Origin: an uncultured bacterium
GTDB lineage: Bacteria > Cyanobacteriota > Vampirovibrionia > Gastranaerophilales > Gastranaerophilaceae
Reading direction: 5' to 3'
DNA: 54,958 nt
NCBI GenBank assembly: GCA_949291445.1
Contig: CASEVT010000007.1
Location: 1-54,958, forward strand
The translations under genes were made by a program, and so were the position numbers. Under the pieces are notes generated by a model, which saw only the letters and a list, made by a program, of their open reading frames with translations, was not told the origin of the DNA and did no database searches. Shown here in pieces: positions 10,980 through 20,530 of the stretch (position 1 is its first letter; each line of letters begins with the position of its first letter).

Positions 10980-11627
10980 ATGAGTAATAACGCAATCCAA
11001 AACCGAATCGCATTCAAAGCAACACCCGTTGCGAAAACATTGACGACAATCAATGACACAATTTCAGAAATAAAAATTCTGAAATTAAACAAAGATGATA
11101 TGCCGTTTATAGAGGATTTAAGCAGAAAAATCAAAATTGAAGAACTACTTCCGAATGAACCCAAACCGGCTATTTATCAAAAAATTGTTAACAGTGCATT
11201 TGAGCACATTCTCTTAAAAAAAGATCGTGACGCATTTATAGCAATCAAAGGTAACAAGCCTTGCGCAATAATGACAACCCGTGACGACTACAATGCAATG
11301 AACCTTGTATATTTAGCCGCATTACCAGTAAAATTCAATGAAAAAGTATCCAATGCAGGAAAAAGTATGGTACGACATTTTTTGTCACTATTTGAAAAAT
11401 CTGAAAATACAACAGGCGTTGTTTATCCGGAGATGAAAAATATTGACAGACTGGAACCATTCTACAAAAAATGTGGATTCACAAGTTCACTCGCCGCTTG
11501 CTGGAGAATGACAATGCAGAAAAAAGATTTACCACAAATTATTAACAAAATCGAAAAAGATTTTCAATACCACAAAATTAACAATGCAAAAGATATAGAT
11601 TTATTTGAAAAATTGAATACTTTCTAA
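10980..11627 (+). CDS. Hypothetical protein, GNAT acetyltransferase-like C-terminal region
   Basis: LVYLAALPVKFNEKVSNAGKSMVRHFLSLF...RLEPFYKKCGF resembles the GNAT motif A/B region (xFYxKxGF). No SD at ATG 10980. Stop overlaps the convergent transporter stop. Confidence 0.45.
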   Translation: MSNNAIQNRIAFKATPVAKTLTTINDTISEIKILKLNKDDMPFIEDLSRKIKIEELLPNEPKPAIYQKIVNSAFEHILLKKDRDAFIAIKGNKPCAIMTTRDDYNAMNLVYLAALPVKFNEKVSNAGKSMVRHFLSLFEKSENTTGVVYPEMKNIDRLEPFYKKCGFTSSLAACWRMTMQKKDLPQIINKIEKDFQYHKINNAKDIDLFEKLNTF

Positions 11628-12949
11628 TGCAAAAATCTGAAGTAGATATATATAGAACTTAAAACCAGAGATACAAAGGTAATTGAAAGTCCGTATTTCA
11701 AAAATTTCATAAACGAAATCGGATAATTATGAGCAGCAGCAGTTTCTGAGACAATAACATTTGCAGCAGCTCCGATAATCGTCATGTTACCGCCAAGACA
11801 AGCTCCCAAGGACAAACACCACCACAAAGGATGAGCATACGCAGCACCCTCAACAAGCTGAATCTGATAAATCATAGGTGCCATTGTCGCAGTGTAAGGA
11901 ATATTGTCAACAACACCGGATAACACCCCAGATGCCCAGAGTATAAGCATCGCCATAGCAGACTCGTTGCCGTTTGTAACCTGCAAAATCCATTCCGCCA
12001 TATATTTTATACCGCCAGCAGCCTCAAATCCGCCTATTATTATAAATAAACCAATAAAAAAGAATATCGTATTCCATTCAACACTTCGAAGAATTGTTTT
12101 CGGTTGTTCAAAAATCAAAAGAAACGAAGCACCCGCCATCGCCACCAGACAAGATTCAATATGAGTTATATCGTGAGTCACAAAACCCAAAACAACCAAT
12201 CCTAAAACTACCGAAGAACGGATTGCGAGCATTTTATCCGCAATTGTATCAGAATTATCCAACCGAGCTATCTCATCCATTTTTTCCTTATCAGCTACCA
12301 ACTGTTTTCGAAAAGCAAAATACAATACAAACATGCTTACAACAAATATCACAGCCACAATACCTGTTAGTTCTTTAAGAAAAGTCAGAAACGAAAATCC
12401 TGCCTTACTGCCGATTATGATATTCGGAGGATCGCCAATCAATGTGGCAGTACCACCGATGTTAGAGGCTAAAATCTCCATTATCAATAGGGGAACTGCA
12501 TTTATATCAAGTTTTTTAGCGACCAAAAAAGTTATCGGCATAACAAGTATAACCGTTGTAACATTATCCAAAAAAGCCGAAGCTACCGCCGTAAACAAGC
12601 CCAATACCCACATTATCGCAACAGGATGTCCCTTTGTTTTTTTCAAAAGAGCGTTGGCTACCCAACTAAATATGCCGCTTTTATTGGCAATATTAACTAT
12701 TATCATCATGCTAACAAGCAAAAATATTACGTTAAAATCGACAAAATTTATGAAATAATGACTATTTTCAGAATCCACACCCGGAGTTTGCGAGACCAAC
12801 CCCAAAAAGATCGTAACGGTTGCGCCCAAAAGTGCAATTGTAACCTTTGATATCTTCTCCCACGCAATAAATACATACGCCAAAATCAATATTAAAGAAG
12901 ATATAAGAAGTTGATGCCCGTTTACATAATTAAAAATAATATCCATCAT
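11624..12949 (-). CDS. ArsB/NhaD-superfamily (citrate transporter-like) permease
   Basis: About 12 TM segments. Duplicated signature regions LDNVTTVILVMPI and GGTATLIGDPPNIIIG / GGNMTIIGAAANV are typical of the ArsB/NhaD/YbiR family. Confidence 0.8.
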   Translation of the reverse strand: MMDIIFNYVNGHQLLISSLILILAYVFIAWEKISKVTIALLGATVTIFLGLVSQTPGVDSENSHYFINFVDFNVIFLLVSMMIIVNIANKSGIFSWVANALLKKTKGHPVAIMWVLGLFTAVASAFLDNVTTVILVMPITFLVAKKLDINAVPLLIMEILASNIGGTATLIGDPPNIIIGSKAGFSFLTFLKELTGIVAVIFVVSMFVLYFAFRKQLVADKEKMDEIARLDNSDTIADKMLAIRSSVVLGLVVLGFVTHDITHIESCLVAMAGASFLLIFEQPKTILRSVEWNTIFFFIGLFIIIGGFEAAGGIKYMAEWILQVTNGNESAMAMLILWASGVLSGVVDNIPYTATMAPMIYQIQLVEGAAYAHPLWWCLSLGACLGGNMTIIGAAANVIVSETAAAHNYPISFMKFLKYGLSITFVSLVLSSIYIYFRFLH

Positions 12950-13013
12950 TCCATCCGATTACTTTGTACAAAAGGATTTTACATTGAACAGTGTCATCTG
13001 TAAATGCCACAAC

Positions 13014-13907
13014 TTATCTGCGTATTTGTTCTTCAACCAAAACGGTACAAGCTGGGAATTCTGTATCTTGTCGATCTTCACAATTAGGGTCAGCCGTTGC
13101 ATTATGAACCATTTGAGTAATTTCGGTATTGGACATTGTAATAGGATCCGCCCAGCTCAACGGTTCCAGCTTATAAGATTTATTGTTAAATGCACCTACC
13201 TTGGCACCATAAAAACTCATAATTTGTGAATCACGTGTAACGTCGGGATCCGAATTTGTTATTCTTGCGGTCAAATAGCGAATATCATAAGTAGGATATC
13301 CCAAAGGCACAACAATACCGTTATTTGCGATCATAAACGGAACAATATCAGCTGGTGCCTCTTTTTTCCATATTGCAGTATTAGGAGCCCGATCACCTGT
13401 CAAATCAACCCAAATTATACTGTTACCATCGGCATCCATCTCCGACATAAAATAATACATCCCGTTTGAAGCCGTGAAAGTCGCCATCTCTTTGAGTTCA
13501 GCTCCGGTCTTATCTTTGAATTGTTGTTCCGAATTTGCCTGTACAACTTTTGAACAAGCCGCTACACCGGAGATGTTGATATAGCCTTCTTCATTTGATA
13601 TAAGTTTTTCACACAACTCCGCCTGAGTGCCTGGAAAAGATCTTAACTCATTTTCAGCAGGTTCACCACTACCTGCCGCATCTGCTTCTTCCACCAATTT
13701 ATTATTATAATCTTCAACATCAGCCTGAATATTGTAAGCAGCAGTAGAGAGCGTTCGATATGCATTATAGTACAATTTTTTCAAAACAAGCTTATCGGAA
13801 TTAGGTCTTAAAGTTGTAATAAAGAGCAATGCAGCTATCGCAACAATTAGCATGACTATTATAATTTCAGGCAAAGAAAATGCCATTGTTCTCAATCTGT
13901 TTTTCAT
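13014..13907 (-). CDS. Prepilin-type N-terminal cleavage/methylation domain protein (pilin/pseudopilin-like)
   Basis: MKNRLRTMA|FSLPEIIIVMLIVAIAALLFI is a class III signal: F at +1, E at +5, then a hydrophobic helix. Ala rather than Gly at -1. SD AAGGAGAG. The ATG overlaps the upstream stop (ATGA). Confidence 0.75.
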   Translation of the reverse strand: MKNRLRTMAFSLPEIIIVMLIVAIAALLFITTLRPNSDKLVLKKLYYNAYRTLSTAAYNIQADVEDYNNKLVEEADAAGSGEPAENELRSFPGTQAELCEKLISNEEGYINISGVAACSKVVQANSEQQFKDKTGAELKEMATFTASNGMYYFMSEMDADGNSIIWVDLTGDRAPNTAIWKKEAPADIVPFMIANNGIVVPLGYPTYDIRYLTARITNSDPDVTRDSQIMSFYGAKVGAFNNKSYKLEPLSWADPITMSNTEITQMVHNATADPNCEDRQDTEFPACTVLVEEQIRR

Positions 13908-14908
13908 CCAAGCTCTCCTTTCAAAGCTTCTACATATTCATCGTATGATTCCAACTCAATTATATCATCTTGCAAATTAAGCGAAAACCGATCTACACCC
14001 AGTACGGTTTTATTTTCTTTAACAGCATACACAGGGATTTTATTATCTATCGCATCAAAAACCAGAGAAGTCCCCAGCGAGTTGTACGGCATAACAATTG
14101 AGTGTAAATTTTTATAATTCAATCCCTCAGAAGGTTTCACAATCAAAGGTGCATTTTTAAGCCCCAAAAGGAGGCACGGCAAAAACGTAGGCGTAATATA
14201 CTCTGCACTAACCTTCGGATCGACGATTTTTTCAGATATTGACACATCCGCAAAAGCAGGTGCGTGTACACACGGACAAAAAAGATTTTTGCTCATATAA
14301 TGGGAAATTACCGCCTCAACCCCGCCGACAATATCAACCCCACAGCCGTTTTCGTAATCATCCTCAGGCGGTTCATCAAAAAAGCACACCACCGCAATAG
14401 CCTGAGCTCCTTTATTTTGCAATTTTCGTCCGGCATCAAGTAAAGTATCAGGATTACAAACTGAGCCTGAAGAAATTCCGGAATCATTCATCGAAAATTC
14501 AACACCAACTTCCTCTTCCGTAATCTCATACCCCAAAATATCAATACCATATACTGTTTTAACAGCGTTTAGAGTATTAATATGGATATTTAAAACGTTA
14601 TCCGGAATTGATTTGTCGAATATTATGCCAATTTTATTATTTTTCGAAGGCAATAAACCGATATCGCCTTTCACAAAATCGTTCATAGCCGAACCCTCAA
14701 CATATAGCATATCATCGTTAATACCTGAGAACACGGCGGCATTAACGATGTTAGGATTCACGACCAAAGGCAGCAGCTTTGAAATTTTTTGTGCAACCGA
14801 ACTTGCATCACCGGCATACCCGCCGATTGATGCACCAATACCGGTAGGAATAGCCATTAATCCAATTTTTACATCTGGGTTGATTCGCCAGGATTCAATA
14901 TCAAACAT
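13904..14908 (-). CDS. Conserved hypothetical protein, DUF3326-like (family recalled from cyanobacteria/plastids)
   Basis: LMAIPTGIGASIGGYAGDASSVAQ Gly-rich motif, 334 aa. SD AGGAAA precedes ATG 14908. The 5' end overlaps the upstream hydrolase gene by 40 nt. Family name is from memory, not searched. Confidence 0.55.
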   Translation of the reverse strand: MFDIESWRINPDVKIGLMAIPTGIGASIGGYAGDASSVAQKISKLLPLVVNPNIVNAAVFSGINDDMLYVEGSAMNDFVKGDIGLLPSKNNKIGIIFDKSIPDNVLNIHINTLNAVKTVYGIDILGYEITEEEVGVEFSMNDSGISSGSVCNPDTLLDAGRKLQNKGAQAIAVVCFFDEPPEDDYENGCGVDIVGGVEAVISHYMSKNLFCPCVHAPAFADVSISEKIVDPKVSAEYITPTFLPCLLLGLKNAPLIVKPSEGLNYKNLHSIVMPYNSLGTSLVFDAIDNKIPVYAVKENKTVLGVDRFSLNLQDDIIELESYDEYVEALKGELG

Positions 14909-15549
14909 CTTTTTCCTAATTTTTCTACCTTGTCCTTAAAGTCCAACACATCAACTTCGATACCCGAAAAAGTATTGTAATGCATCGGAATAACTGTTGC
15001 AGCACCAAGCCAATCCGCTGCAACAACCGCATCATCTGGATCCATCGTGTATAAAGAACCTATCGGCAAAATTGCCACATCAGGTTTGTACACTTCTTTG
15101 ACAACCTTCATCTCAGAATGCAAACAAGTATCACCTGCGTGGTATATTTTTAAATCACCTACACTAATCAAAGCTGCAGCAGGCATACCGGAATATTTTC
15201 CGCCCATCACCGAACTACTGTGAAAAGCAGGTAAAAGCTTTACACTTGCCCCATTCAATTTTATACTTCCCCCGAGATTGACCGCATTAACTTTAGCACC
15301 CTGATTTGCGCAAAAATCAGCAAGCTCAAATGTCGCAGTGATCTTACAACCAATCTTTACAGATAAAGGTATTGCATCACCCAAATGATCACTATGCCCG
15401 TGAGTTAAAACTATGTCCTTTATATGTGACGGGTTTATTTTAGAGACCGCCTTGGGATTTTGTGATATAAAAGGATCGATCAATATTCCGGCACTTTCAT
15501 TTTCTATGAAAAAACAACTGTGACCAATAAAGTGAATTAAAACAGACAT
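14869..15549 (-). CDS. Metallo-beta-lactamase-fold metal-dependent hydrolase (UPF0173/YtkL-like)
   Basis: MSVLIHFIGHSCFFIE...ILIDPF...VLTHGHSDHLGD...YHAGDT...IPMHYNTF. ATG 15549 with SD GGAG is preferred to the longer track start 15621. Confidence 0.85.
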   Translation of the reverse strand: MSVLIHFIGHSCFFIENESAGILIDPFISQNPKAVSKINPSHIKDIVLTHGHSDHLGDAIPLSVKIGCKITATFELADFCANQGAKVNAVNLGGSIKLNGASVKLLPAFHSSSVMGGKYSGMPAAALISVGDLKIYHAGDTCLHSEMKVVKEVYKPDVAILPIGSLYTMDPDDAVVAADWLGAATVIPMHYNTFSGIEVDVLDFKDKVEKLGKRCLILNPGESTQM

Positions 15550-15725
15550 AATTAAATTCTCCAGATAATATACCGAATCATTATAACAAACAACGCACCA
15601 ATAATTAAGCATTATCGGCAAAAATCATCCATATACATTGTTTTCAAATAGATTCATAATGGTGTATAATTGGAATATGGTTGAATTTGTTCTGTTCGGG
15701 ATGTTTTCAACATACAGGGTATACG

Positions 15726-16892
15726 ATGGAAAAAATTCTTGTTGAAGATTTAATACAATACAAAATGCTTCCCTTTGATCTGTACAACGATAGGGGGATA
15801 AAGCTAATTAGCGCGGGCGAAATTCTGACCTCCGGCAAACTTTTACGAGTAAGCCAGTATGACGTACTGTACAAAGAAAACCCGAAACCCACCAAGAAAG
15901 TCCCGCAAAAAAAAGAGACGCAAAACCTACCCTCAGAAACAGCTCAGGATACATCCGAAACCGGACTTCACAAAGAGACAACAAAACTTGATATAGATGA
16001 AGATATTCATATACCTGAAATTGTCACCCCGATATTAGACGAGGAAGGCAATATTATTACACCTGACACAGCACAACCAGAGAACAAACAGGAGCAAAAA
16101 ACTGAAGAAGATGACGAAGAAACTGACGACGTATTGGATCTTTTAAGACGAGATGACGTTGTTAATAATACGTCCAAACTCCCCCCTGAATCACAAGTTT
16201 CAATGAAAACCCACTACGTCAGTTCAATGTCTTCACTAAAAGAAAAACATAACAAAGAAGCCATCGAAAAAATCAATGAAATGAAATCGAAAATCCTCAC
16301 CGAAGTAGGAACAATAATTGATGAAGTAAAATTCTGCTCCCAACTTAAACTTCTGGGCGACTATTACAACTGCCATGCGCTAAACACTGCAATACTTGCA
16401 ACAGCACTGGGATATAAGCTGGAATTTGACTCCGAAAAAATTGAAAATTTAACCCAAAGTGCACTACTGCACGATATTGGTATGACAAAATTCCCTCCGG
16501 AACTTTTGAATAAAACAAAATTATCTAATAAAGAATGTAAACTACTTGAAAAACATACTATTATCGGTTTTAAAATTCTAAAAGACGAAATGAAAATGCC
16601 TGAGGAGATTTGTCTGGTTGCACTTGAGCATCACGAAAACAATGACGGCTCCGGTTATCCTTATGGGATTTCAGGTGATCAAATAAGCGAAATGAGCAGG
16701 ATTGTCGGACTTTGCAGCCTATTTGACGATCTCACATCGAACAAAACCAAATACAAGATTAAAAATACAAAAGATGCACTCAGAGCCATGCTGGAATTCG
16801 GTTCACACAGGTTCCCGCCTGAACTTTTGTATAAATTTGTCAATATGTTCAAATACAATGACCTAAATACATTCGATGATATGGTGAGATAA
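15726..16892 (+). CDS. HD-GYP domain c-di-GMP phosphodiesterase
   Basis: LLHDIGM, EKHTIIGF, ALEHHENNDGSGYPYG. The N-terminal 50 aa resemble the DUF3391-type domain common in HD-GYP proteins. A long acidic linker follows (EQKTEEDDEETDD). ATG 15726 is preferred to TTG 15681. Confidence 0.88.
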   Translation: MEKILVEDLIQYKMLPFDLYNDRGIKLISAGEILTSGKLLRVSQYDVLYKENPKPTKKVPQKKETQNLPSETAQDTSETGLHKETTKLDIDEDIHIPEIVTPILDEEGNIITPDTAQPENKQEQKTEEDDEETDDVLDLLRRDDVVNNTSKLPPESQVSMKTHYVSSMSSLKEKHNKEAIEKINEMKSKILTEVGTIIDEVKFCSQLKLLGDYYNCHALNTAILATALGYKLEFDSEKIENLTQSALLHDIGMTKFPPELLNKTKLSNKECKLLEKHTIIGFKILKDEMKMPEEICLVALEHHENNDGSGYPYGISGDQISEMSRIVGLCSLFDDLTSNKTKYKIKNTKDALRAMLEFGSHRFPPELLYKFVNMFKYNDLNTFDDMVR

Positions 16893-18199
16893 TGAAAGTA
16901 ACTGTTGTGGGCGGCGGATTAGCCGGATGTGAAGCAGCATTACAGCTTGCGAAAAGAGGACTTGAGGTTGATCTTTACGAAATGAGACCTCAAAAAATGA
17001 CCGGTGCTCACACCGGTGAGCAGCTTGCAGAGTTCGTTTGCAGCAACAGTCTCGGCTCTTATGACACAGGGGTTGCCAGCGGATTATTAAAAAAAGAAAT
17101 GCAGATTCTTGGCTCTTATCTTATAGAAATTGCTTTTCAAAATAAAGTTCCGGCAGGTGCCGCACTCGCTATAGACAGAAATGCGTTTAGCAGTGAGGTT
17201 TCTCAACTTATCTTTAAAAATCCAAAAATAAATCTGATAAGAAAAGAGCTTACCCAAATCCCTGAAGGTCCCGCAATCATCGCTTCCGGTCCGCTAACAT
17301 CCGAGCTTTTTGCAAACAGTATAAAAGAATTTGCCGGTGAAGAACACTTGCACTTTTTCGATGCAATTGCACCGATCGTAGAAAAAGACTCAATCGATTT
17401 TTCAAAAGCTTTTTACGCAAGCCGCTATGACAAAGGTGAAGCATCTTACATCAATTGCCCAATGAATAAAGAAGAATACGAAAACTTCTATAACATACTG
17501 ATAAATGCACCGAGAATCGAACTTAAAGATTTTGAAAAAAAAGCAAAGTTTTTTGAATCCTGCTTACCGGTTGAAGTTCTTGCCTCAAGAGGTGTAGATA
17601 CATTAAGATATGGCCCGCTAAAACCGGTTGGACTTGTTGACAAACGAACCGGCACTGTAAATTATGCGGTTGTTCAACTCCGACAAGACAATCTGTCCGC
17701 CTCTTTATACAATCTGGTCGGATTCCAGACAAATTTAAAATGGGGAGCGCAAAAAGAACTTATCCACTCAATACCGGGACTTGAAAACGCAAATATCATC
17801 CGCTACGGAGTTATGCACAGAAACACTTTTGTTAACAGTCCCAAGCTTCTAAACAAATTTTTGCAATGCAAAAAAAGGAATGACCTCTTTTTTGCAGGAC
17901 AAATCACAGGAACCGAAGGCTATACAGAATCCATTGCAACAGGAATGTACGCAGGTATCAATCTTGCAAATTATCTTAACGGCGAAAAGTTCTTAGATCT
18001 ATCAGACGTAACAATGCTTGGTGCGCTCACGACTTATATTTCATTTGAAGGGCATAAACATTTTCAACCCGTAAATTCCAACTGGGGGATTTTAGCCGAA
18101 ATTGATATCGACAGAAAAACCAGAAAAAACAAAAAATTGAAAAACGAAATCCTTGCAAACAGATCCATTTCATATCTGAACGGCTTGCTACTACAATAA
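16892..18199 (+). CDS. trmFO: Methylenetetrahydrofolate--tRNA-(uracil54-C5)-methyltransferase TrmFO
   Basis: MKVTVVGGGLAGCEAALQLAKRG, FVCSNSLG, LFFAGQITGTEGYTES. The ATG shares one base with the upstream stop (TAATG). Confidence 0.93.
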   Translation: MKVTVVGGGLAGCEAALQLAKRGLEVDLYEMRPQKMTGAHTGEQLAEFVCSNSLGSYDTGVASGLLKKEMQILGSYLIEIAFQNKVPAGAALAIDRNAFSSEVSQLIFKNPKINLIRKELTQIPEGPAIIASGPLTSELFANSIKEFAGEEHLHFFDAIAPIVEKDSIDFSKAFYASRYDKGEASYINCPMNKEEYENFYNILINAPRIELKDFEKKAKFFESCLPVEVLASRGVDTLRYGPLKPVGLVDKRTGTVNYAVVQLRQDNLSASLYNLVGFQTNLKWGAQKELIHSIPGLENANIIRYGVMHRNTFVNSPKLLNKFLQCKKRNDLFFAGQITGTEGYTESIATGMYAGINLANYLNGEKFLDLSDVTMLGALTTYISFEGHKHFQPVNSNWGILAEIDIDRKTRKNKKLKNEILANRSISYLNGLLLQ

Positions 18200-19471
18200 A
18201 ATCCCTGCAATACATGCCGAAAGATAAGACGCCAACGTTCCGCAAAACAGAGCCTTGATACCTAATTTTGCAAGATCCTTTCTTCTATTCGGTGCCAACT
18301 CACCAATACCGCCAATTTGAATTGCAATAGAACCCAGATTTGCGAATCCGCACAGTGCAAAACTTGCAATCATAATACTTTTTTCGCACAAAACATCTTT
18401 CATTGCTGCCAAATCTAAATACGCAATAAACTCGTTAAACACAAGCTTTGTACCCATTAATGACCCAACCGCACCGGCATCTTTAAGCGGTACGCCCATG
18501 GGGATTGAAAATAAAGAGAATATTGCTCCCAAGATCTCCTTCATTGATAAATGCTGCAAATCTATACCGATAAATGCCAGATTGAGATGCAAAACATTTG
18601 CCATAAATAAGCCAAGATTGCCCAAAATCCAATCAATCATTGAGATTAATGCAATAAGCGCAATCAGCATCGCAATCACGTTGATCGAAACTTTCATACC
18701 GTCGCTTGCACCGTGCGCAATTGCATCGATCAGATTAACGTGATTTTTCTTTATTTCGACCTTCACCTCATTTTTAGTTTGTGACTCTTCCGTCTCGGGA
18801 TAGACAATTTTTGAAATTACAAGTGCCCCAGGTGCCGCCATTATCGACGCTGCCAAAAGATACTCAGCAGGAATCCCCATACCGATATACATTGCCATAA
18901 CCCCACCGGCTATACAAGCCATGCTTCCTGTCATTGACGCAAGAAGCTCGGACATTGTCATTCCAGATAAGTATGGCTTAATCATAATTTGTGCCTCTAC
19001 CTGTCCGACAAACGCACTCGCAATATTAGACAATGATTCCGCCCCTGAAACATTCATTATTCGATACATTATTTTTGCAAAAAATGCTACAACTCTTTGC
19101 ATTACACCGTAGTAATATAAAATATTTACCAGTATCAATATAAATATTATTGTGGGTATAAGCTTGAGTGCAAAAATAAATCCGGCTCCACTTCCAAACA
19201 ACTCCTCCATCTTTGCAGGCGAATTTGTCAAAACACCAAAAACAAAATCACCGCCCATATTAGAAAAATCGAGAATCTTTTGGATAAATAAACCTATTGC
19301 GTGAAAAATTTGTTTGCCTATAGGAACTTTCAATATGAATACCGCCAATAACACCTGCAATATTAAACCGGGGATAATCGTTTTCAATGAAATTGCCTTC
19401 CTGTTATTCGAAAAAGCAAACGCCACTCCGAGTATTAATATTATCCCTATTAAACCAACAAATCTATCCAT
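18191..19471 (-). CDS. nupC: NupC/CNT-family nucleoside transporter
   Basis: MDRFVGLIGIILILGVAFAFSNNRKAI, multi-TM, GTKLVFNEFIAY, CGFANLGSIAIQIGG. The 3' end overlaps trmFO by 9 nt (convergent). Confidence 0.85.
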   Translation of the reverse strand: MDRFVGLIGIILILGVAFAFSNNRKAISLKTIIPGLILQVLLAVFILKVPIGKQIFHAIGLFIQKILDFSNMGGDFVFGVLTNSPAKMEELFGSGAGFIFALKLIPTIIFILILVNILYYYGVMQRVVAFFAKIMYRIMNVSGAESLSNIASAFVGQVEAQIMIKPYLSGMTMSELLASMTGSMACIAGGVMAMYIGMGIPAEYLLAASIMAAPGALVISKIVYPETEESQTKNEVKVEIKKNHVNLIDAIAHGASDGMKVSINVIAMLIALIALISMIDWILGNLGLFMANVLHLNLAFIGIDLQHLSMKEILGAIFSLFSIPMGVPLKDAGAVGSLMGTKLVFNEFIAYLDLAAMKDVLCEKSIMIASFALCGFANLGSIAIQIGGIGELAPNRRKDLAKLGIKALFCGTLASYLSACIAGILL

Positions 19472-19635
19472 TGCACTTCCTTAAAATCTATTACATGTAA
19501 ATTGTACTCAAAGCAATACCAAAATACTAAATATTTTTTAACTATATTTTATATTTGTAACAAACTTAAAAAAATTTACATAAAAACGCAATTTTTTTGC
19601 ACCAATGTTGTTTACTAATAAGTGAAGGTAGAAAT

Positions 19636-19944
19636 ATGCAAAATGTAAGTGTGAATCCGAATATGAAATTTACACCGCCCGAGCGTGTGGTAGTTTCGCC
19701 ACCGCAAAGGATTTATAAATACTCGTTGTATGATGAGCTTAAGCTCGGTGAAAACAAATACAACGAGATTAAAGCTGCACTTTCTCAACCCACTAAAACA
19801 ACTAAACAACTCAAAAAAGAAAATACCATATCCAATATATGTAAAATACTTTTTTTGACAGGTATTGGCATTATTGGATATAAAAACAGACACCGGATTA
19901 TGGAACAACTCAAAAAAATACCCTATTTAAACGGCAAAAAATAA
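19636..19944 (+). CDS. Hypothetical small protein with a TM helix near the C-terminus
   Basis: ATG 19636 with SD AAGGTAG (track start 19597 is TTG). One TM helix, ICKILFLTGIGIIGY, followed by about 20 basic residues. No family recognised. Confidence 0.5.
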   Translation: MQNVSVNPNMKFTPPERVVVSPPQRIYKYSLYDELKLGENKYNEIKAALSQPTKTTKQLKKENTISNICKILFLTGIGIIGYKNRHRIMEQLKKIPYLNGKK

Positions 19945-19968
19945 CTTCCTTTCATTCATAATTAACTT

Positions 19969-20442
19969 ATGAATACAGGAAAAAATCTATACCGGTACCT
20001 TAGACAAACGAATAAACGAACTATGCAAAAGGACAGGTTTACAAATAATAATATAAAACTGGACGACGGAGTCGAATTTAGCGACTTCAAAATTGACTTG
20101 TCCACCGATACTGTTTTTACTAAAAATCCTATCAATGCCAATATTGAACCGGAAGAAAAAATAATTAAAAAAGGTTGGTTTGACAAAATTTATGAACAGT
20201 TTGAAAGTTTTATTGACAAAACTTCTGCAAATTCGAACTTTGCTAAACGAATTAAAGTTGTTCTCAAATTCTTTAAGATTAAAGACACGCTGGGACGTTT
20301 GAATAAAATTAACGAATCTGTAGACGAGCTTGTTAGCCTCAAAGTCCCGTTCGGAGAACAAAATAAAAGGTATGAAATCCTTGCAAACAGGTTAATTAGA
20401 GCAAACCACCTTCATACGCAAATTCAAAAAGAATTATCATAA
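19969..20442 (+). CDS. Hypothetical protein
   Basis: 157-aa ORF, basic N-terminus, helical C-terminal half. No SD at ATG 19969 (alternative ATG at 20023). Followed by a strong hairpin. Confidence 0.45.
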   Translation: MNTGKNLYRYLRQTNKRTMQKDRFTNNNIKLDDGVEFSDFKIDLSTDTVFTKNPINANIEPEEKIIKKGWFDKIYEQFESFIDKTSANSNFAKRIKVVLKFFKIKDTLGRLNKINESVDELVSLKVPFGEQNKRYEILANRLIRANHLHTQIQKELS

Positions 20443-20444
20443 GA

Positions 20445-20473
20445 AAGCGGCAAATCCGAAGGATTTGCCGCTT
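20445..20473. terminator. Strong hairpin between convergent genes (hypothetical ORF and fabF)
   Basis: AAGCGGCAAATCC (20445-20457) / GGATTTGCCGCTT (20461-20473), a 13-bp stem with a GAA loop. U-tracts are weak on both strands. Confidence 0.65.
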
Positions 20474-20530
20474 CTCAAAACAAGTTATTTGCCCTAACCG
20501 CTCAATCTAAACGGATGAGAACGAAATATT

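Noticed and set aside
12333-12758. 141-aa plus-strand ORF (and neighbours 11904..12164, 12094..12378, 12626..12850) inside the permease gene
   Set aside because: Antisense shadows of a well-supported 441-aa transporter.
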